64,000 nucleotides of DNA from Haplodiscus bocki (GCA_965655095.1 OZ296659.1:33294001-33358000), one strand, 5' to 3'; shown: positions 1 to 13,990, counted from the stretch's first letter. A program made the numbers and translations. Notes: generated from the sequence alone by a model not told the origin.

Positions 1-2944
1 GAAAAAGCCAAGCCGATATTACGGAAGTTTCCAAAAGTGACAAGATTGCCGAAAGTGCCAAAGGTGGCGGAAAATCCGACATTGCTAGTATTGCAGAACT
101 TTTCCTGACTGCTGAAAATTCCAAAATTGCTGAGATTGCCAGTATTGCCGGAAATGTCAGAATTGCTGAATTTTCCGAAAAAGGTGAGTTTGCCGTTTTT
201 GCCAAGATTAACCAAAATGCTTTGATTTTCGAGATTACGGAACTTGCTGAAGTTTGCGAAATTTCCAAGATTGTCGCAAATTGTCATTTTGCCGCAACTG
301 CTAGTTTTGCCGAAGTTGTCGAGATTGCCGACATAGCCAAAAATGCCAAAGTTGCCTGAAGAGCCGAGAGTGCCAAGATTGGCCAAAATGCCGAAATTAA
401 CAAAAATGCCGACTTTGGCGACATTGTCAAGATTTTCGAAAGTGACGAAATTACCCAAAAATGACAGAGTTGCCGATTTTGCCGATAGAACCAATTTTGC
501 CGAGATTGCCGACCATGTTGATAATGCCGACATATACAGAATGTCCGAGGTTGCCGAGATTACCAAGATTGCCCATAATGGGGAAAATGCCGATGTTGCC
601 GAAACTGCCGAGGTTGCTGAAACTGCCGAAAATGCCGAAACTGCAGAGATTGCCAAGATGTCTGATATTGACGAAATTGCACATATTGGCTAAATTAACC
701 AGGTTGAACTTTTTGCCGAGATTGTCATAACTGCAGATATTGACGAAAAGGCCGAGATTGACGAAATTGCCAAGGTTGGCATCATTGCCGAAGTTTACGA
801 TATTGCCGAAATTAAGGTGACTGCCGAACTTGCCGAAATGGTCGATTTTGCCTATAGTACCATTTTTGCTGAGATTGCCGACAGTGTCGATAATACCGAC
901 ATTTCCAGAATGGCCGAGGTTGCCGAGATTGCCGAGATTGCCCTTATTTTCGAATTTGCCGATGTTGCCGAAACTGCCGAGAATGCTGAATCTGCCGAAA
1001 TTGCCGAAACTGCCGAGATTGCCAAATGTCCGCAAATGACGAAGTTGCATAAAATGACTAGACTGCCAGAAATGCCGAGATTGCCGTTCTTGCTGAGGCT
1101 GACTAAAATGCTGATATTGCCGAGTTTACGGAAATTTCCTGAAGCGCCAAGATTGCCAAAAATTCTGAAAATGGCGGAATTGCCGATATTGCTGGTTTTG
1201 CTGGAAGTTTCGAAATTGCCGAACTTTGCGAATTTGACGAGATTGCCTGTATTGCCGAAAAGGCCAGAAATGCTGAAACTTCCAAAAAAGGCGAGTAGGC
1301 CGTTTTTGCCTACATTGCACAAAATGGTCAGATTTTTGAGATTGCGAAACTTGCTGAGATTGCCAAAAATGACAAGATTCTCACAACTTGCTATGTTGCC
1401 CAATGTGCTGATTCTGCCGAAGTTGTCGAGATTGCCGACAATGCCAAAATGCCAAGATTGCCGAAAGTGCCGAGAGTGTCAAGATTGCTCAGAATGCCAA
1501 ATTTTAACAATAATGCCGACTTCGGCAACATTGTCAAAATTTCCGATGGTGCCGAAATTATCGAGAATGCCAGAGTTGCCAATATTGCAGAGATTGGGCA
1601 AGTTGCCGATTTTGGCTAAATTGCCAAACTTGCAGAGGTTGCCCAACAGGCCGAGATTGCCGATTCTGCCGAGATTGTCAATAAGTCCGGAAATGACGAA
1701 GTTGCCTATATTGCCGAGATTGCCAAAAATGCCCAGATAGCCGTTTTTGCCGAGACTGCCGATATTACCGAAGTTTCAAAAAGTGACAAGAATGCCGAAA
1801 TTGCCAAAAGTGGCGAATTTGTCGAGATTGCAAGTATTGCCGAGAACGTCCAGACTGCCAAACTTGCCGAAATTACCAAGATTGCCAGTATTGCCGAAAT
1901 TGTCAGAGTTGCCAAAAATTCCAAAATTGTCGAAGTTGCCGTTTTTGCCGAGACTGCCGAAACTGCCGAGAAAACCTGGCTACCGAGATTTTTGAGATTG
2001 CCGAACTTGTTGAGATTGCGAAAAAACCAAGATTGTCGCAACTTGTCATATTTGTGAAATTGATGTTTTTTCCGAAGTTGCCGAGATTGCCGAAAGAGCC
2101 AAAGATACCAAGATTGCCGAAAGTGCGGAGGGTGTCAAGGTTGCCCACAAGGCCGATTATATAAATAATGCCGATTTTGGCAAAATTGTCAAGATTTCCG
2201 ATGTTGCCGAATTTACCGAGAATGGCAGAGTTGCCGATTTTGCAGAGATTAAGAAGTTTCGCGATTTTGCCGAAATTGCCAAATTTGCAGAAGTTGCCCA
2301 ACAGGCCGAGATTGCCGAAACTGCCGAGATTGTCAAAATGTCCGGAAATGACGAAGTTGCCTACGTTGCCGAGATTGCCAAAATGCCCAGACTGCCGATA
2401 TTACCCAAGTTTCAAAAAGTTGCAAGATTGCCAAAATTACCAAAATTGTTGAAAGTGCCGAGATTGCAAGTATTGCCGAAATTTCCAAAATTGTCGAAAT
2501 CACCGAGATTGCCAGTATTGCCGGAATTGTCACACTTGCCGAAATTTCCGAAATTGTCGAGGTTGCCGTTTTTGCCGAGACTGCCGAAAATGTCGAGAAA
2601 GCCCTGGCTACCGAGATTTTCGAGATTGCCGAACTTGCTGAGATTGCGAAACTGCCAAGATTGTCGCAACTTGCCATGATCTCCAATCTGCTGATTCTGC
2701 CGAAGTTGTCGAGATTGCCGATATTGCCAAAAACACCAAGATTGCCCAAAGTGCCGAGAGTGTCAAGATTGCTCACAATGCCAAATATAACAATCATGCC
2801 GACTTTGGCAACATTGTCAAGATTCCGATAGTGCCGAATAAACCGAGAATGCCACAGTTGCCGATATTGCAGAGATTGTCAATATGTCCGGAAATGACGT
2901 AGTTGCCTACATTGCTGAGATTGCCAAAAAGCCGAGATTGCCGT

Positions 2945-5400
2945 TTTTGCCGAGACTGCCGACTGTACCGAAGTATCCAAAAGTGACAAGATTACTGAAA
3001 CTGCCAAAATTGGCGAAACTGCCGAGGTTGCAAGTATTGTCGAAAATGTTCAGACTGCCAAACTTGCCGAATTTAACGAGATTGCCAGTAGTGCCGAAAT
3101 TGTCAGAATTGCCGAAATTGTCAGAACTGCCGTAACTTCCGAAATTGTCGAGGTTGCCGTTTTTGCCGAGACTGCCGAAAATGCCGAGAAAACCTGGCTA
3201 CCGAGATTTTTGAGATTGCCGAACTTGTTGAGATTGCGAAAAAACCAAGATTGTCGCAACTTGTCATATTTGTGAAATTGATGTTTTTTCCGAAGTTGCC
3301 GAGATTGCCGAAAGAGCCAAAAAGCCTAGAATGTCAAGTTTGACAAAAAGGCTGAATATTACAAAAAAGCGGATTGTGGCTAGGTTGTCGAGATTGCTAG
3401 TAGTGCCGACTTTGCCGACATTGCCAGAACGGCCGATAATGCCGAGATTACCAAGATTGTCCATATCGGCGAACTTGCCGATATTGTCAAAACTGCCGAG
3501 ATTGCCAAAACTTCCGAATATGACAAGGTTGCCTAAGTTGCTGAGTTTGCCGAAAAAGCCAAAAGGCCGCTCTTGCCGAATTTGCCGATATTACGGAAGT
3601 TTCCAATAGTGCCCAGGTTGCCGAAAATGACAAAATTGGCGGAAATGCTGACGTTGCTAGTAGGCTAGTATTGCTGATAGTTTCCAGATTGCCCAATTTT
3701 CCGAAACTGCCGAGATTGCCAGTATTGCCAAAAACGTCAAAAATGCTGGAAGTGCCGAAAAAGGCTCGTTTGCCGTTCTTGCCGAGATTGCGAAACTCGC
3801 TGAGACTGCCAAAAATGCCAAAGATTGTCGCAACTTGCCATGTTGCCGAATGTGCTGTATCTGTCGAAATTGTCGAGAATGCCGATATAGCCTAAAATAC
3901 CAAGGTTTCCGAAAATGCCGAGAGTGTCAAGATTGCCCACGATGCCAAAAATAAAAATAATGACAACTTTCGCGACTTTGTCAAGGTTTCCGATAGTGCC
4001 GACATCACCGAGAATCCCAAAGTTGCCGATATTGCAGAGATTGCCAAAAAGACCGAGACTGTCGAAATTGCCAATGTTGTCATCTTTGTCGAAATTTACG
4101 AGATTGGCGAATTTCCGTGACTGCCGAACTTGCCGAGATTGTCGATAATTCCGATGATGACAATTTTGCCGAGACTGCCGACTGTACCAAAAGTATCTAA
4201 AAGTGACAAGATTGTCGAAATTGCCAAAATTGGCGAAACTGCCGAGGTTGCAAGTATTGTCGAAAATGTTCAGACTGCCAAACTTGCCGAATTTAACGAG
4301 ATTGCCAGTATTGCCGAAATTGTCAGAATTGCCGAAATTGTCAGAATTGCCGAAACTTCCGAAATTGTCGAAGTTGCCGTTTTTGCCGAGACTGCCGAAA
4401 ATGCCGAGAAAACCTGGCTACCGAGATTTTTGAGATTGCTGAACTTGTTGAGATTGCGAAAAAGGCAAGATTGTAGCAACTTGTCATATTTGTGAAATTG
4501 ATTTTTCCGAAGTTGCCGAGATTGCCGAAAGAGCCAAAAAGCCTAGAATGTCAAGTTTGACAAAAAGGCTGAATATTACAAAAAAGCGGATTGTGGCTAG
4601 GTTGTCGAGATTGCTAGTAGTGCCGACTTTGCCGACATTGCCAGAACGGCCGATAATGCCGAGATTACCAAGATTGTCCATATCGGCGAACTTGCCGATA
4701 TTGTCAAAACTGCCGAGATTGCCAAAACTTCCGAATATGACAAGGTTGCCTAAGTTGCTGAGTTTGCCGAAAAAGCCAAAAGGCCGCTCTTGCCGAATTT
4801 GCCGATATTACGGAAGTTTCCAATAGTGCCCAGGTTGCCGAAAATGACAAAATTGGCGGAAATGCTGACGTTGCTAGTAGGCTAGTATTGCTGATAGTTT
4901 CCAGATTGCCCAATTTTCCGAAACTGCCGAGATTGCCAGTATTGCCAAAAACGTCAAAAATGCTGGAAGTGCCGAAAAAGGCTCGTTTGCCGTTCTTGCC
5001 GAGATTGCGAAACTCGCTGAGACTGCCAAAAATGCCAAAGATTGTCGCAACTTGCCATGTTGCCGAATGTGCTGTATCTATCGAAATTGTCGAGAATGCC
5101 GATATAGCCTAAAATACCAACGTTTCCGAAAATGCCGAGAGTGTCAAGATTGCCCACGATGCCAAAAATAAAAATAATGACAACTTTCGCGACTTTTTCA
5201 AGATTTCCGATAGTGCCGACAATACGGAGAATCCCAAAGTTGCCGATATTGCAGAGATTAACCACATTGCCCGTATTGCCGAAGTTGCCAAAAAGGCCGA
5301 GATTGTCGAAATTGCCAATGTTGTCATCTTTGTCGAACTTGCCGAGATTGTCGATAATTCCGATGGTGACAATTTTGCCGAGATTGCCGACGATGTCGAA
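2945..5400 (+). repeat. Tandem duplication, period ~1217-1220 bp, 2 copies
   Basis: Identical or near-identical ORFs at 3331/4548, 3487/4704 and 3671/4888 (offset 1217) and 3050/4270 (offset 1220, before a 3-bp deletion). Confidence 0.9.
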
Positions 5401-5463
5401 ATTGCCGTCATTTCCAGAATGGCCGATATTACCGAGGTTACCAAGATTGCCCAAATTGGAGAA

Positions 5464-5586
5464 GCTGCCGAGATTGCCGGAACTGCCGAGATTGCCGGAA
5501 CTGCCGAGATTGCCGAAACTGCCGAGATTGGCGAAACTGCCGAGGTTGCTGAAACTGCCGAGATTTCCGGAACTGCCGAGATTGCC
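5464..5586 (+). repeat. Low-divergence 18-bp dimer tract (CTGCCGAGA-TTGCCG(G/A)AA)n; similar tracts at ~8150-8253, 9650-9753, 26115-26220, 28242-28347 and 29388-29493
   Basis: Directly visible: ctgccgagattgccggaactgccgagattgccggaactgccgagattgccgaaactgccgagattggcgaaactgccgagg... Confidence 0.9.
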
Positions 5587-8500
5587 AATATTTCCGAAGT
5601 TGACGAAATGGCTTAAAATGCCGAGATTGCCCAAATGTCGGGATTGCCTTTCTTGCCGAGATTGCCGATATCACAGAAGTTTCTAAAAGTGACAAGATTG
5701 CCGAAATTGCCAAAATTGGCGAAACTGCCGAGGTTGCAAGTATTGTCGAAAATGTGCAGACTGCCAAGCTTGCCGAAATTACCGAGATTGCCAGTATTGC
5801 CAAAATTTCTGAAACTGTCGAGGTTGCCGTTTTTTCCGAGACTGCCGAAAATGCCGAGAAACCCTGGCTTCCGAGATTTTCGAGATTGCCGAACTTCTTG
5901 AGATTGCGAAAGAGCCAACATTGTCGCAACTTGCCATGTTTCCGAAATTGATGATTTTTCCGAAATTGCCATGAATGTCGAGTTTGACAAAAAGGCTGAA
6001 TATTACAATATTGCTGAATGTGGCTAGGTTGTCGAGAGTGCTGATAGTGCCGACTTTGACGACATTGCCAGAACGGCCGATAATGCCGAGATTACCAAGA
6101 TTGCCCATATCGGCGAACTTACCGATTTTGTCAAAACTGCCGAGATTGCCAAGATGTCCGAAATTGACGAAATTGCATATCTTGGCTAGATTGCCAGAAA
6201 TGCCGAGATTGCCGTTCCTGCCGTGTTTGACGAAACTGCTGAGATTGCCGATATTACGGAGTTTTCCTAAAGTGCCACGATTGCCGAAAATTCTGAAATT
6301 GGCGGAATTTCCGATAATGCTAGTATTGCTGAAAGTTTCGAGATTGTCGAACTTTGCGGAATTGCCGAGATTGCCAGTTTTGCTGAAAAATCCAGAAAGG
6401 CTGAATATTCCGAAAGAGGCGAGTTTGCCGTTTTTGCCAAGATTGCACGAAATGCTGAGATTTTCGAGATTACGGAACTTGATGAGGTTTGCGAAAATGC
6501 CAAGATTGTCGCAAATTGCCATTTTGCCGAAACAGCTAATTTTGCCGAAGTTGTCGAGATTGACATTATAGCCAAAAATGTCAAGGTTGCCGAAAGTGCC
6601 GGGAGTGCTAAGGTTGCCCACAATGCCGAATATAACAATAATGCCGACTTTGGCATCAATGTCAAGATTTCCGATGAAGCCGAAATTACCGAGAATGCAG
6701 CAGTTGCCGATATTGCAGAGATTGTCAATATGTCCGGAAATGACGAAGTTGCCTACATTGCTGAGATTGCCAAAAAGCCTAGATTGCCGTTTTTGCCGAG
6801 ACTGCCGACTGTACCGAAGTATCCAAAAGTGACAAGATTACTGAAACTGCCAAAATTGGCGAAACTGCCGAGGTTGCAAGTATTGTCGAAAATGTCGAGA
6901 CTGCCAAACTTGCCGAAATTATCGAGATTGCCAGTAGTGCCGAAATTGTCAGAATTGCCGAAATTGTCAGAACTGCCGTAACTTCCGAAATTGTCGAGGT
7001 TGCCGTTTTTGCCGAGACTGCCGAAAATGCCGAGAAAACCTGGCTACCGAGATTTTTGAGATTGCCGAACTTGTTGAGATTGCGAAAAAACCAAGATTGT
7101 CGCAACTTGTCATATTTGTGAAATTGATGTTTTTTCCGAAGTTGCCGAGATTGCCGATATAGCCAAAAAAAGCCGAGATTGTCAAGTTTGACAAAAAGGC
7201 TGAATAATACAATAATGCGGAATGTGGCTAGGTTATCGAGATTGTTGATAGTGCCGACTTTGCCGACATTGACAGAACAGCCGATAATGCCAAGAATACC
7301 AAGATTGTCCATTTCGGCGAACTTGCCGATATATGTCGAACCTGCCGAGGATGCCAAAATGTCCGAAATTGACAAGATTGACTGAGTTGCTGATTTTGCC
7401 GAAAATGCCAAGAAGGCCGCTCTTGCCGAATTTGCCGATATTACGGAAGTTTCCAATAGTGCCCAGGTTGCCGAAAATGACAAAATTGGCGGAAATGCTG
7501 ACGTTGCTAGTAGGCTAGTATTGCTGATAGTTTCCAGATTGCCCAATTTTCCGAAACTGCCGAGATTGCCAGTATTGCCAAAAACGTCAAAAATGCTGGA
7601 AGTGCCGAAAAAGGCTCGTTTGCCGTTCTTGCCGAGATTGCGAAACTCGCTGAGACTGCCAAAAATGCCAAAGATTGTCGCAACTTGCCATGTTGCCGAA
7701 TGTGCTGTATCTATCGAAATTGTCGAGATTGCCGATATAGCCTAAGATACCAAGGTTTCCGAAATTGCCGAGAGTGTCAAGATTGCCAACGATGCCAAAT
7801 ATAACAATATTGCCGACTTTCGCGATTTGTCAAGGTTTCCGATAGTGCCGACATCACCGAGAAACCCAGAGTTGCCGAAATTGCAGAGATTAACCTAGTT
7901 GCCGGTTTTGCCGGAGTTGCCAAAATTGCAGAGGTTGCCAAAAAGGCCGAGATTGTCGAAATTGCCAATGTTGTCATCTTATTCGAAAGTTACGAGATTG
8001 GCGATTTTCCGTGACTGCCGAACTTGCCGAGATTGTCGATAATTCCGATGGTGATAATTTTGCCGAGATTGCCGACGGTGTCGAAATTGCCGACATTTCC
8101 AGAATGGCCGATATTACCGAGGTTACCAAGATTGCCCAAATTGGAGAAAATGCCGAGATTGCCGGAACTGCCGAGATTAACGAAACTGCCGAAAATGCCG
8201 AAACTGCCGATATTGGCGAAATTGCCGAGATTGCCGGAACTGCCGAGATTGCCAATATGTCCGAAGTTGACGAAATGGCTTAAAATGCCGAGATTGCCAA
8301 AATGCCCAGATTGCCGTTTTTGCCGAAACTGCCGACATTACCAAACTACCTAAAAGTGAAAAGATTGCCGAAATTGCCAAAATTGGCGAAACTGCCGAGG
8401 TTGCAAGTATTGTCGAAAATGTCCAGACTGCCAAGCTTGCCGAAATTACCGAGACTGCCAATATTGCCGAAAGTGTCAGAAATGCCGAAATTGTCAGAAT

Positions 8501-9064
8501 TGCCGAAACTTCCGAAATTGTCGAGGTTGCCGTTTTTGCCGAGCCTGCCGAAATAGCCGAGAAACCCTGGCTGCCGAGATTTTCGAGATTGCCGAAATTG
8601 TTGAGGTTGCGAAAAAACCAAGATTGTCGCAATTTGCCATCTTTCCGGAAATGATGATTTTTCCGAAGTTGCCGAGATTGCCGAAACAGCCAAAAAGGCC
8701 TATAATGTCAAGTTTGACAATAAGGCTGAATAATACAATAATGCGGAATGTGGCTAGGTTATCGAGATTGTTGATAGTGCCGACTTTGCCGACATTGACA
8801 GAACGGCCGATAATGCCGAGAATACCAAGATTGTCCATTTCGGCGAACTTGCCGATATATGTCGAACCTGCCGAGGATGCCAAAATGTCCGAAATTGACA
8901 AGATTGACTGAGTTGCTGATTTTGCCGAAAATGCCAAGAAGGCCGCTCTTGCCGAATTTGCCGATATTACGGAAGTTTCCAATAGTGCCCAGGTTGCCGA
9001 AAAAGACAAAATTGGAGGAAATGCCGACATTGCTAGTATTGCTGAAAGTTTCCAGATTCCCCAA

Positions 9065-11690
9065 TTTTCCGAAAATGCCGAGATTGCCAGTAATGGCAAA
9101 AAGGTCAAAAATGTTGAAAATTCCAAAAAAAGCTAGCTTGCCGTTTTTGCCGAGATTGCGAAACTTGCTTAGTTTGCCAAAATTGCCAAGATTGTCGCAA
9201 TTTGCCATGTTGCCGAATGTGCTATATCTGCCGAATTTGCCGAGATTGCCGATATAGCCTAAAATACCAAAATTTCTGAAAATGCCGAGAGTGTCCAGAT
9301 TGCCCACAATGCCAAATACAACATTAATGCCAACTTTCGCGACTTTGTCAAGATTTCCGATAGTGCCAACCTTACCGAGAATCCCAGAGTTGCCGATATT
9401 GCAGAGATTAACCTAGTTGCCGGTTTTGCCGGAGTTGCCAAAAAGGCCGAGATTGTCGAAATTGCCAATGTTGGCATCTTTGTCGAATTTTACGAGATTG
9501 GCGAAAATCCGTGACTGCTGAATTTGCCGAGATTGTTGATAATTCCGATGGTGACAAATTTGCCGAGATTGCCGACGGTGTCGAATTTGCCGAAATTTCC
9601 AGAATGGTCGATTTTACCGAGGTTACCAAGATTGCCCAAATTGGAGAAAATGCCGAGATTGCCGGAACTGCCGAGATTGCCGAAACTGCCGAGACTGCCA
9701 AAACTGCCGAGATTGCCGAAACTGCCGAGATTGCTGAAACTGCCGAGATTGCCAAAATGGCCGAAACTGAAGAAATAGCTTAAATTGTCGAGATTGCCAA
9801 AAAGACGAGATTGCCGTTGTTGCCGAGATTGCCGACATCAGCGAAGTTCCTAAAAGTGACAAGAGTGCCGAATTTGACTTAATTGGCGAAGATGCTGAGT
9901 TTTTCGAAACTGCCGAGATTGCCAAAGATGCCGAGATTGTCGTTCTTGCCGAGATTGCCAAAATTCAGAGGTTGCTAAAACAACCGAGATTGTCGGAAGT
10001 GCCAAGGTTGGCATCTTTGCCGAATTTTACGAGATTGCCGAAACTGCCGAGATTGCCGTTCTTGCCGAGATTTCTGATATTAGCGAAGTTTCCAAAAATT
10101 CCGAGATTGCCGAAATTGCCATACTTGCCAAAATTGCCGACATTTCCAGCATTGCCGAAACTGTCAGAGTTGCCGCAATTGTCGGTGTTGCCGAAGTTTC
10201 TGAAATTGTCAAGATTTCCCTTTTTGCCGAGGTTGCCGAAAAGGCTCAGAAAGCCCTGGCTACCGAGACTTCCGAGGTTGCCGAAATTGTTGAGATTGCG
10301 GAAATGCCAAGATTGTCGCAACTTGCCATATTTCCGAAATTGCTGGTTTTTCCGAAGTTGCCGAGATTGCAAGTTTTGCCGAAAATGTCCAGACTGCCAA
10401 ACGTGCCGAAATTGCCGAGATTGCCAGTATTGCCGAAATTGTTAGAAATGCCGAAAATGCCGAGATTGCCAGTGTTGCCGAAATTGTCCAGTTGGTGAAC
10501 TTGCCAAATTTTCCCAGATTGCCAGTATTGTCAAAAATGTCAGAATTGCCGAAATTTTCGAATATGTGGAGGTTGCCGTTTTTTCCCAGACTGCCGAACG
10601 AGCCGTGGAAGCCCTGGATACCGAGATTTTCGAGATTGCCGAACTTGTTGAGATTCGGCAAATGCCAAGATTGTCGCAACTTGCCATATTTCCGATAATA
10701 ATGATTTTTCCGAAGTTGCCGAGATTGCCGATAAAGGCAAAAAAAGCCGAGATTGCCAAGTTTGACAAAAAGGCTGAAAATTACAATATTGCGGGAAGTG
10801 GCTAGATTGTCGAGGTTGCTGATGGTGCCGAATTTGCCGACATTGACAGAACGGCCGATAATGCCGAGATTACCAAGGTTGTCCATGTCGGCGAACTTGC
10901 CGATATTGTCGAAACTGCCGAGATTGCCAAAAGGTCCAAATTGACAAGGTTGCCTAAGTTGTTGAGTTTGCCGAAAGTGGCAAGAAGGCCACTCTTGCCG
11001 AAATTGCCGTTATTACGGAAGTTTCCAATGCTAATAATGCTGAATGTTTCCAGATTGCACACTTTTCCGAAAATGCCGAGATTGCCAGTAATGGCAAAAA
11101 GGTCAAAAATGTTGAAAATTCCAAAAAAAGCTAGCTTGCCGTTTTTGCCGAGATTGCGAAACTTGCTTAGTTTGCCAAAATTGCCAAGATTGTCGCAATT
11201 TGCCATGTTGCCGAATGTGCTATATCTGCCGAATTTGCCGAGATTGCCGATATAGCCTAAAATACCAAAATTTCTGAAAATGCCGAGAGTGTCCAGATTG
11301 CCCACAATGCCAAATACAACATTAATGCCAACTTTCGCGACTTTGTCAAGATTTCCGATAGTGCCAACCTTACCGAGAATCCCAGAGTTGCCGATATTGC
11401 AGAGATTAACCTAGTTGCCGGTTTTGCCGGAGTTGCCAAAAAGGCCGAGATTGTCGAAATTGCCAATGTTGGCATCTTTGTCGAATTTTACGAGATTGGC
11501 GAAAATCCGTGACTGCTGAATTTGCCGAGATTGCTGATAATTCCGATGGTGACAAATTTGCCGAGGTTGCCGACGGTGTCGAATTTGCCGAAATTTCCAG
11601 ACTGGTTGATATTACCGAGGTTACCAAGATTTCCCAAATTGGAGAAACTGCCGAGATTGCCGGAACTGCCGAGATTGCCGAAACTGCTGA
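9065..11690 (+). repeat. Direct repeat of ~0.6 kb at offset 1998 bp (~9065-9690 and ~11063-11690), with a third partial copy near 11840-12000
   Basis: Identical ORFs 9259..9477 and 11257..11475; related ORFs 9511/11509; shared string aaaattccaaaaaaagctagcttgccg. Confidence 0.85.
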
Positions 11691-12340
11691 GATTGCCGAA
11701 TTTGTCGAGATTGCCAGTATTGCCGAAAGTTTCAGAATTGCCGAAATTGTCAGAATTGCTGAAACTTCCGAAATTGTCGAGGTTGCCGTTTTTGCCGAGA
11801 CTGCCGAAAATGCCGAGAAAACCTGGCTACCGAGATTTTTGAGATTGCGAAACTTGCTTAGTTTGCCAAAATTGCCAAGATTGTCGCAATTTGCCATGTT
11901 GCCGAATGTGCTATATCTGCCGAATTTGCCGAGATTGCCGATATAGCCTAAAATACCAAAATTTCTGAAAATGCCGAGAGTGTCAAGATTGCCCACAATG
12001 CCAATTATAACAATAACGCCGACTTTCGCGACTTTGCCAAGATTTCCGATAGTGCCGACATTACCGAGACTCCCAGAGTTGCCGATATTGCAGAGATTAA
12101 CCATGTTGCCGGTTTTGTCGAAGTTGCCAAAAAGGCCGAGATTGTCGAAATTGCCAATGTTGTCATCTTTGTCGAATTTTACGAGATTGGCGAATTTCCG
12201 TGACTGCCGAACTTGCCGAGATTGTCGATAATTCCGATGGTGACAATTTTGCCGAGATTGCCGACGATGTCGAAATTGCCGTCATTTCCAGAATGGCCGA
12301 TATTACCGAGGTTACCAAGATTGCCCAAATTGGAGAAGCT

Positions 12341-13990
12341 GCCGAGATTGCCCATAAAGCGAGGAATTTCCAGGTTCACGAGATTTTCGAAACTGCCGAA
12401 CCTGATGAGATTGGGAAACGCCAATTTTGTTGCAATTTGCCATTTTGCCCAATCTGCTGATTCTGCCAAAGTTGTCGAGATTGCTGAAAAAGCCAAAATT
12501 TCCAAACTTGCCGGAAGTGCCGATAGTGTCAAGATTGGCTAAAAAGTCGAATATAACAAAAATGCCGACTTTGGCGACTTTGTCAAGATTTCCGACAGTG
12601 CCGACATTATCGAGAATGCCAGAGTTGCCGATATTGCAGAGATTAACCAGGTTGCCGGTTTTGCCGAAGTTGTCAAAATTGCAGAGATTGCCGAAAATGG
12701 CGTGACTGCCGAACTTGCCGAGATTGTCGATTTTGCCGATATTACCCAATTTGACGAGATTGCCGAAACTGCCGATATTGCCGACATTGCTAGAATGGCC
12801 GATAGTTCCGAGTTTACCAAGTTTGCCCATACTGGCGAAACTGTCGAAAAGGCCGAAACTGCCAGTTTTTCCGACTTTACCGTATTTGTCGAGATTGCCG
12901 AAACTTCCGAGATTGCCAGGATGTCCAAAATTGACGAGGTAGTCTAAGTTCCTGAGTTTGCTGAAAATGCCGAGGTTGCTAAAAATGTCAACATTTCCGA
13001 TGTTGCCATGATTGCCGTTATTACCGAAGTTTCTGAAAGTGCCAAGATTGCCAAAAGTTTCAGAATTGCCGAAATCTCCGAAAATGTCGAGGTTGCCAAT
13101 TTTGCCGAATTTGCCCAAAATGCGAAGAAATCCCAGGTTACCGAGATTTTCGAAACTGCCGAACTTGTTGAGATTGAGAAAGTGGCAATTTTGTCGAAAT
13201 TTGCCATTTTGCCCAACCTGCTCATTCTGCCGAAGTTGTCGAGAATGCTGATAAAGCCAAGATTTCCGACCTTGCCGAAAGTGCCGAGGGTGTCAAGTTT
13301 GCCCACAATGCAAAATACAACAAAAATGCCGACTTTGGAAACGATGTCAGGATTTCCGATAGTGCCGAAATTACCGAGAATGCCAGAGTTGCCAAAAAAG
13401 TAGAGATTAACCAGGTTGCCGGTTTTGCTGAAGTTGCTAAAATTGCAGAGATTGCCAAAACGGCCGAGATTGTTGCAAATGCCAATGTTAGCATCTTTAT
13501 CGAAGTTTACGAGGTTGGCGAAATTCCGTGACTGCCGAACTTGCCAAGATTGTCGATTTTGCCGATATTATCGAATTTGATGAGACTTTCGAAACTGCCG
13601 ATATTGCCGATATTGCCAGAATGGCCGATAGTGCCGAGTTTACCAAGATTGCCCAAATTGGCGAATCTGCCGAAAATGCCGAAAGTGCCAATTTTTCCGA
13701 CTTCACCCTATTTGCCGAGATTGCCGAAACTTCCGAGATTGCCAACATATCCAAAATTGACGAGGTAGCCTAAGTTCGTGAGTTTGCTGAAAATGCCGAG
13801 ATTGCTAAAAAAGCCGATATTTCCGATGTAGCCATGATTGCCGTTATTACCGAAGTTTCTAAAAGTGCCAAGATTGCTGAAATTGTCAGAATTGCCGAAA
13901 TCTCCGAAATTGCCGAGGTTGCCGTTTTTGCCGAGAATGCCAAAAATGCCGAGAAAGCCCTGGTTACCGAGATTTTCGAGATTGCCGAAT
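12341..13990 (+). repeat. Subfamily-B island embedded in the A domain
   Basis: ORFs 12702, 13008 and 12944 match 48420, 48726 (offset 35718) and 52392, 52698, 52634 (offset 39690). It contains two B landmarks 826 bp apart (12947, 13773). Confidence 0.9.

Noticed and set aside
12341-13990. Transposon insertion as the explanation for the island
   Set aside because: No terminal repeats, target-site duplication or coding capacity. The island is the same satellite, in phase and in the same orientation.
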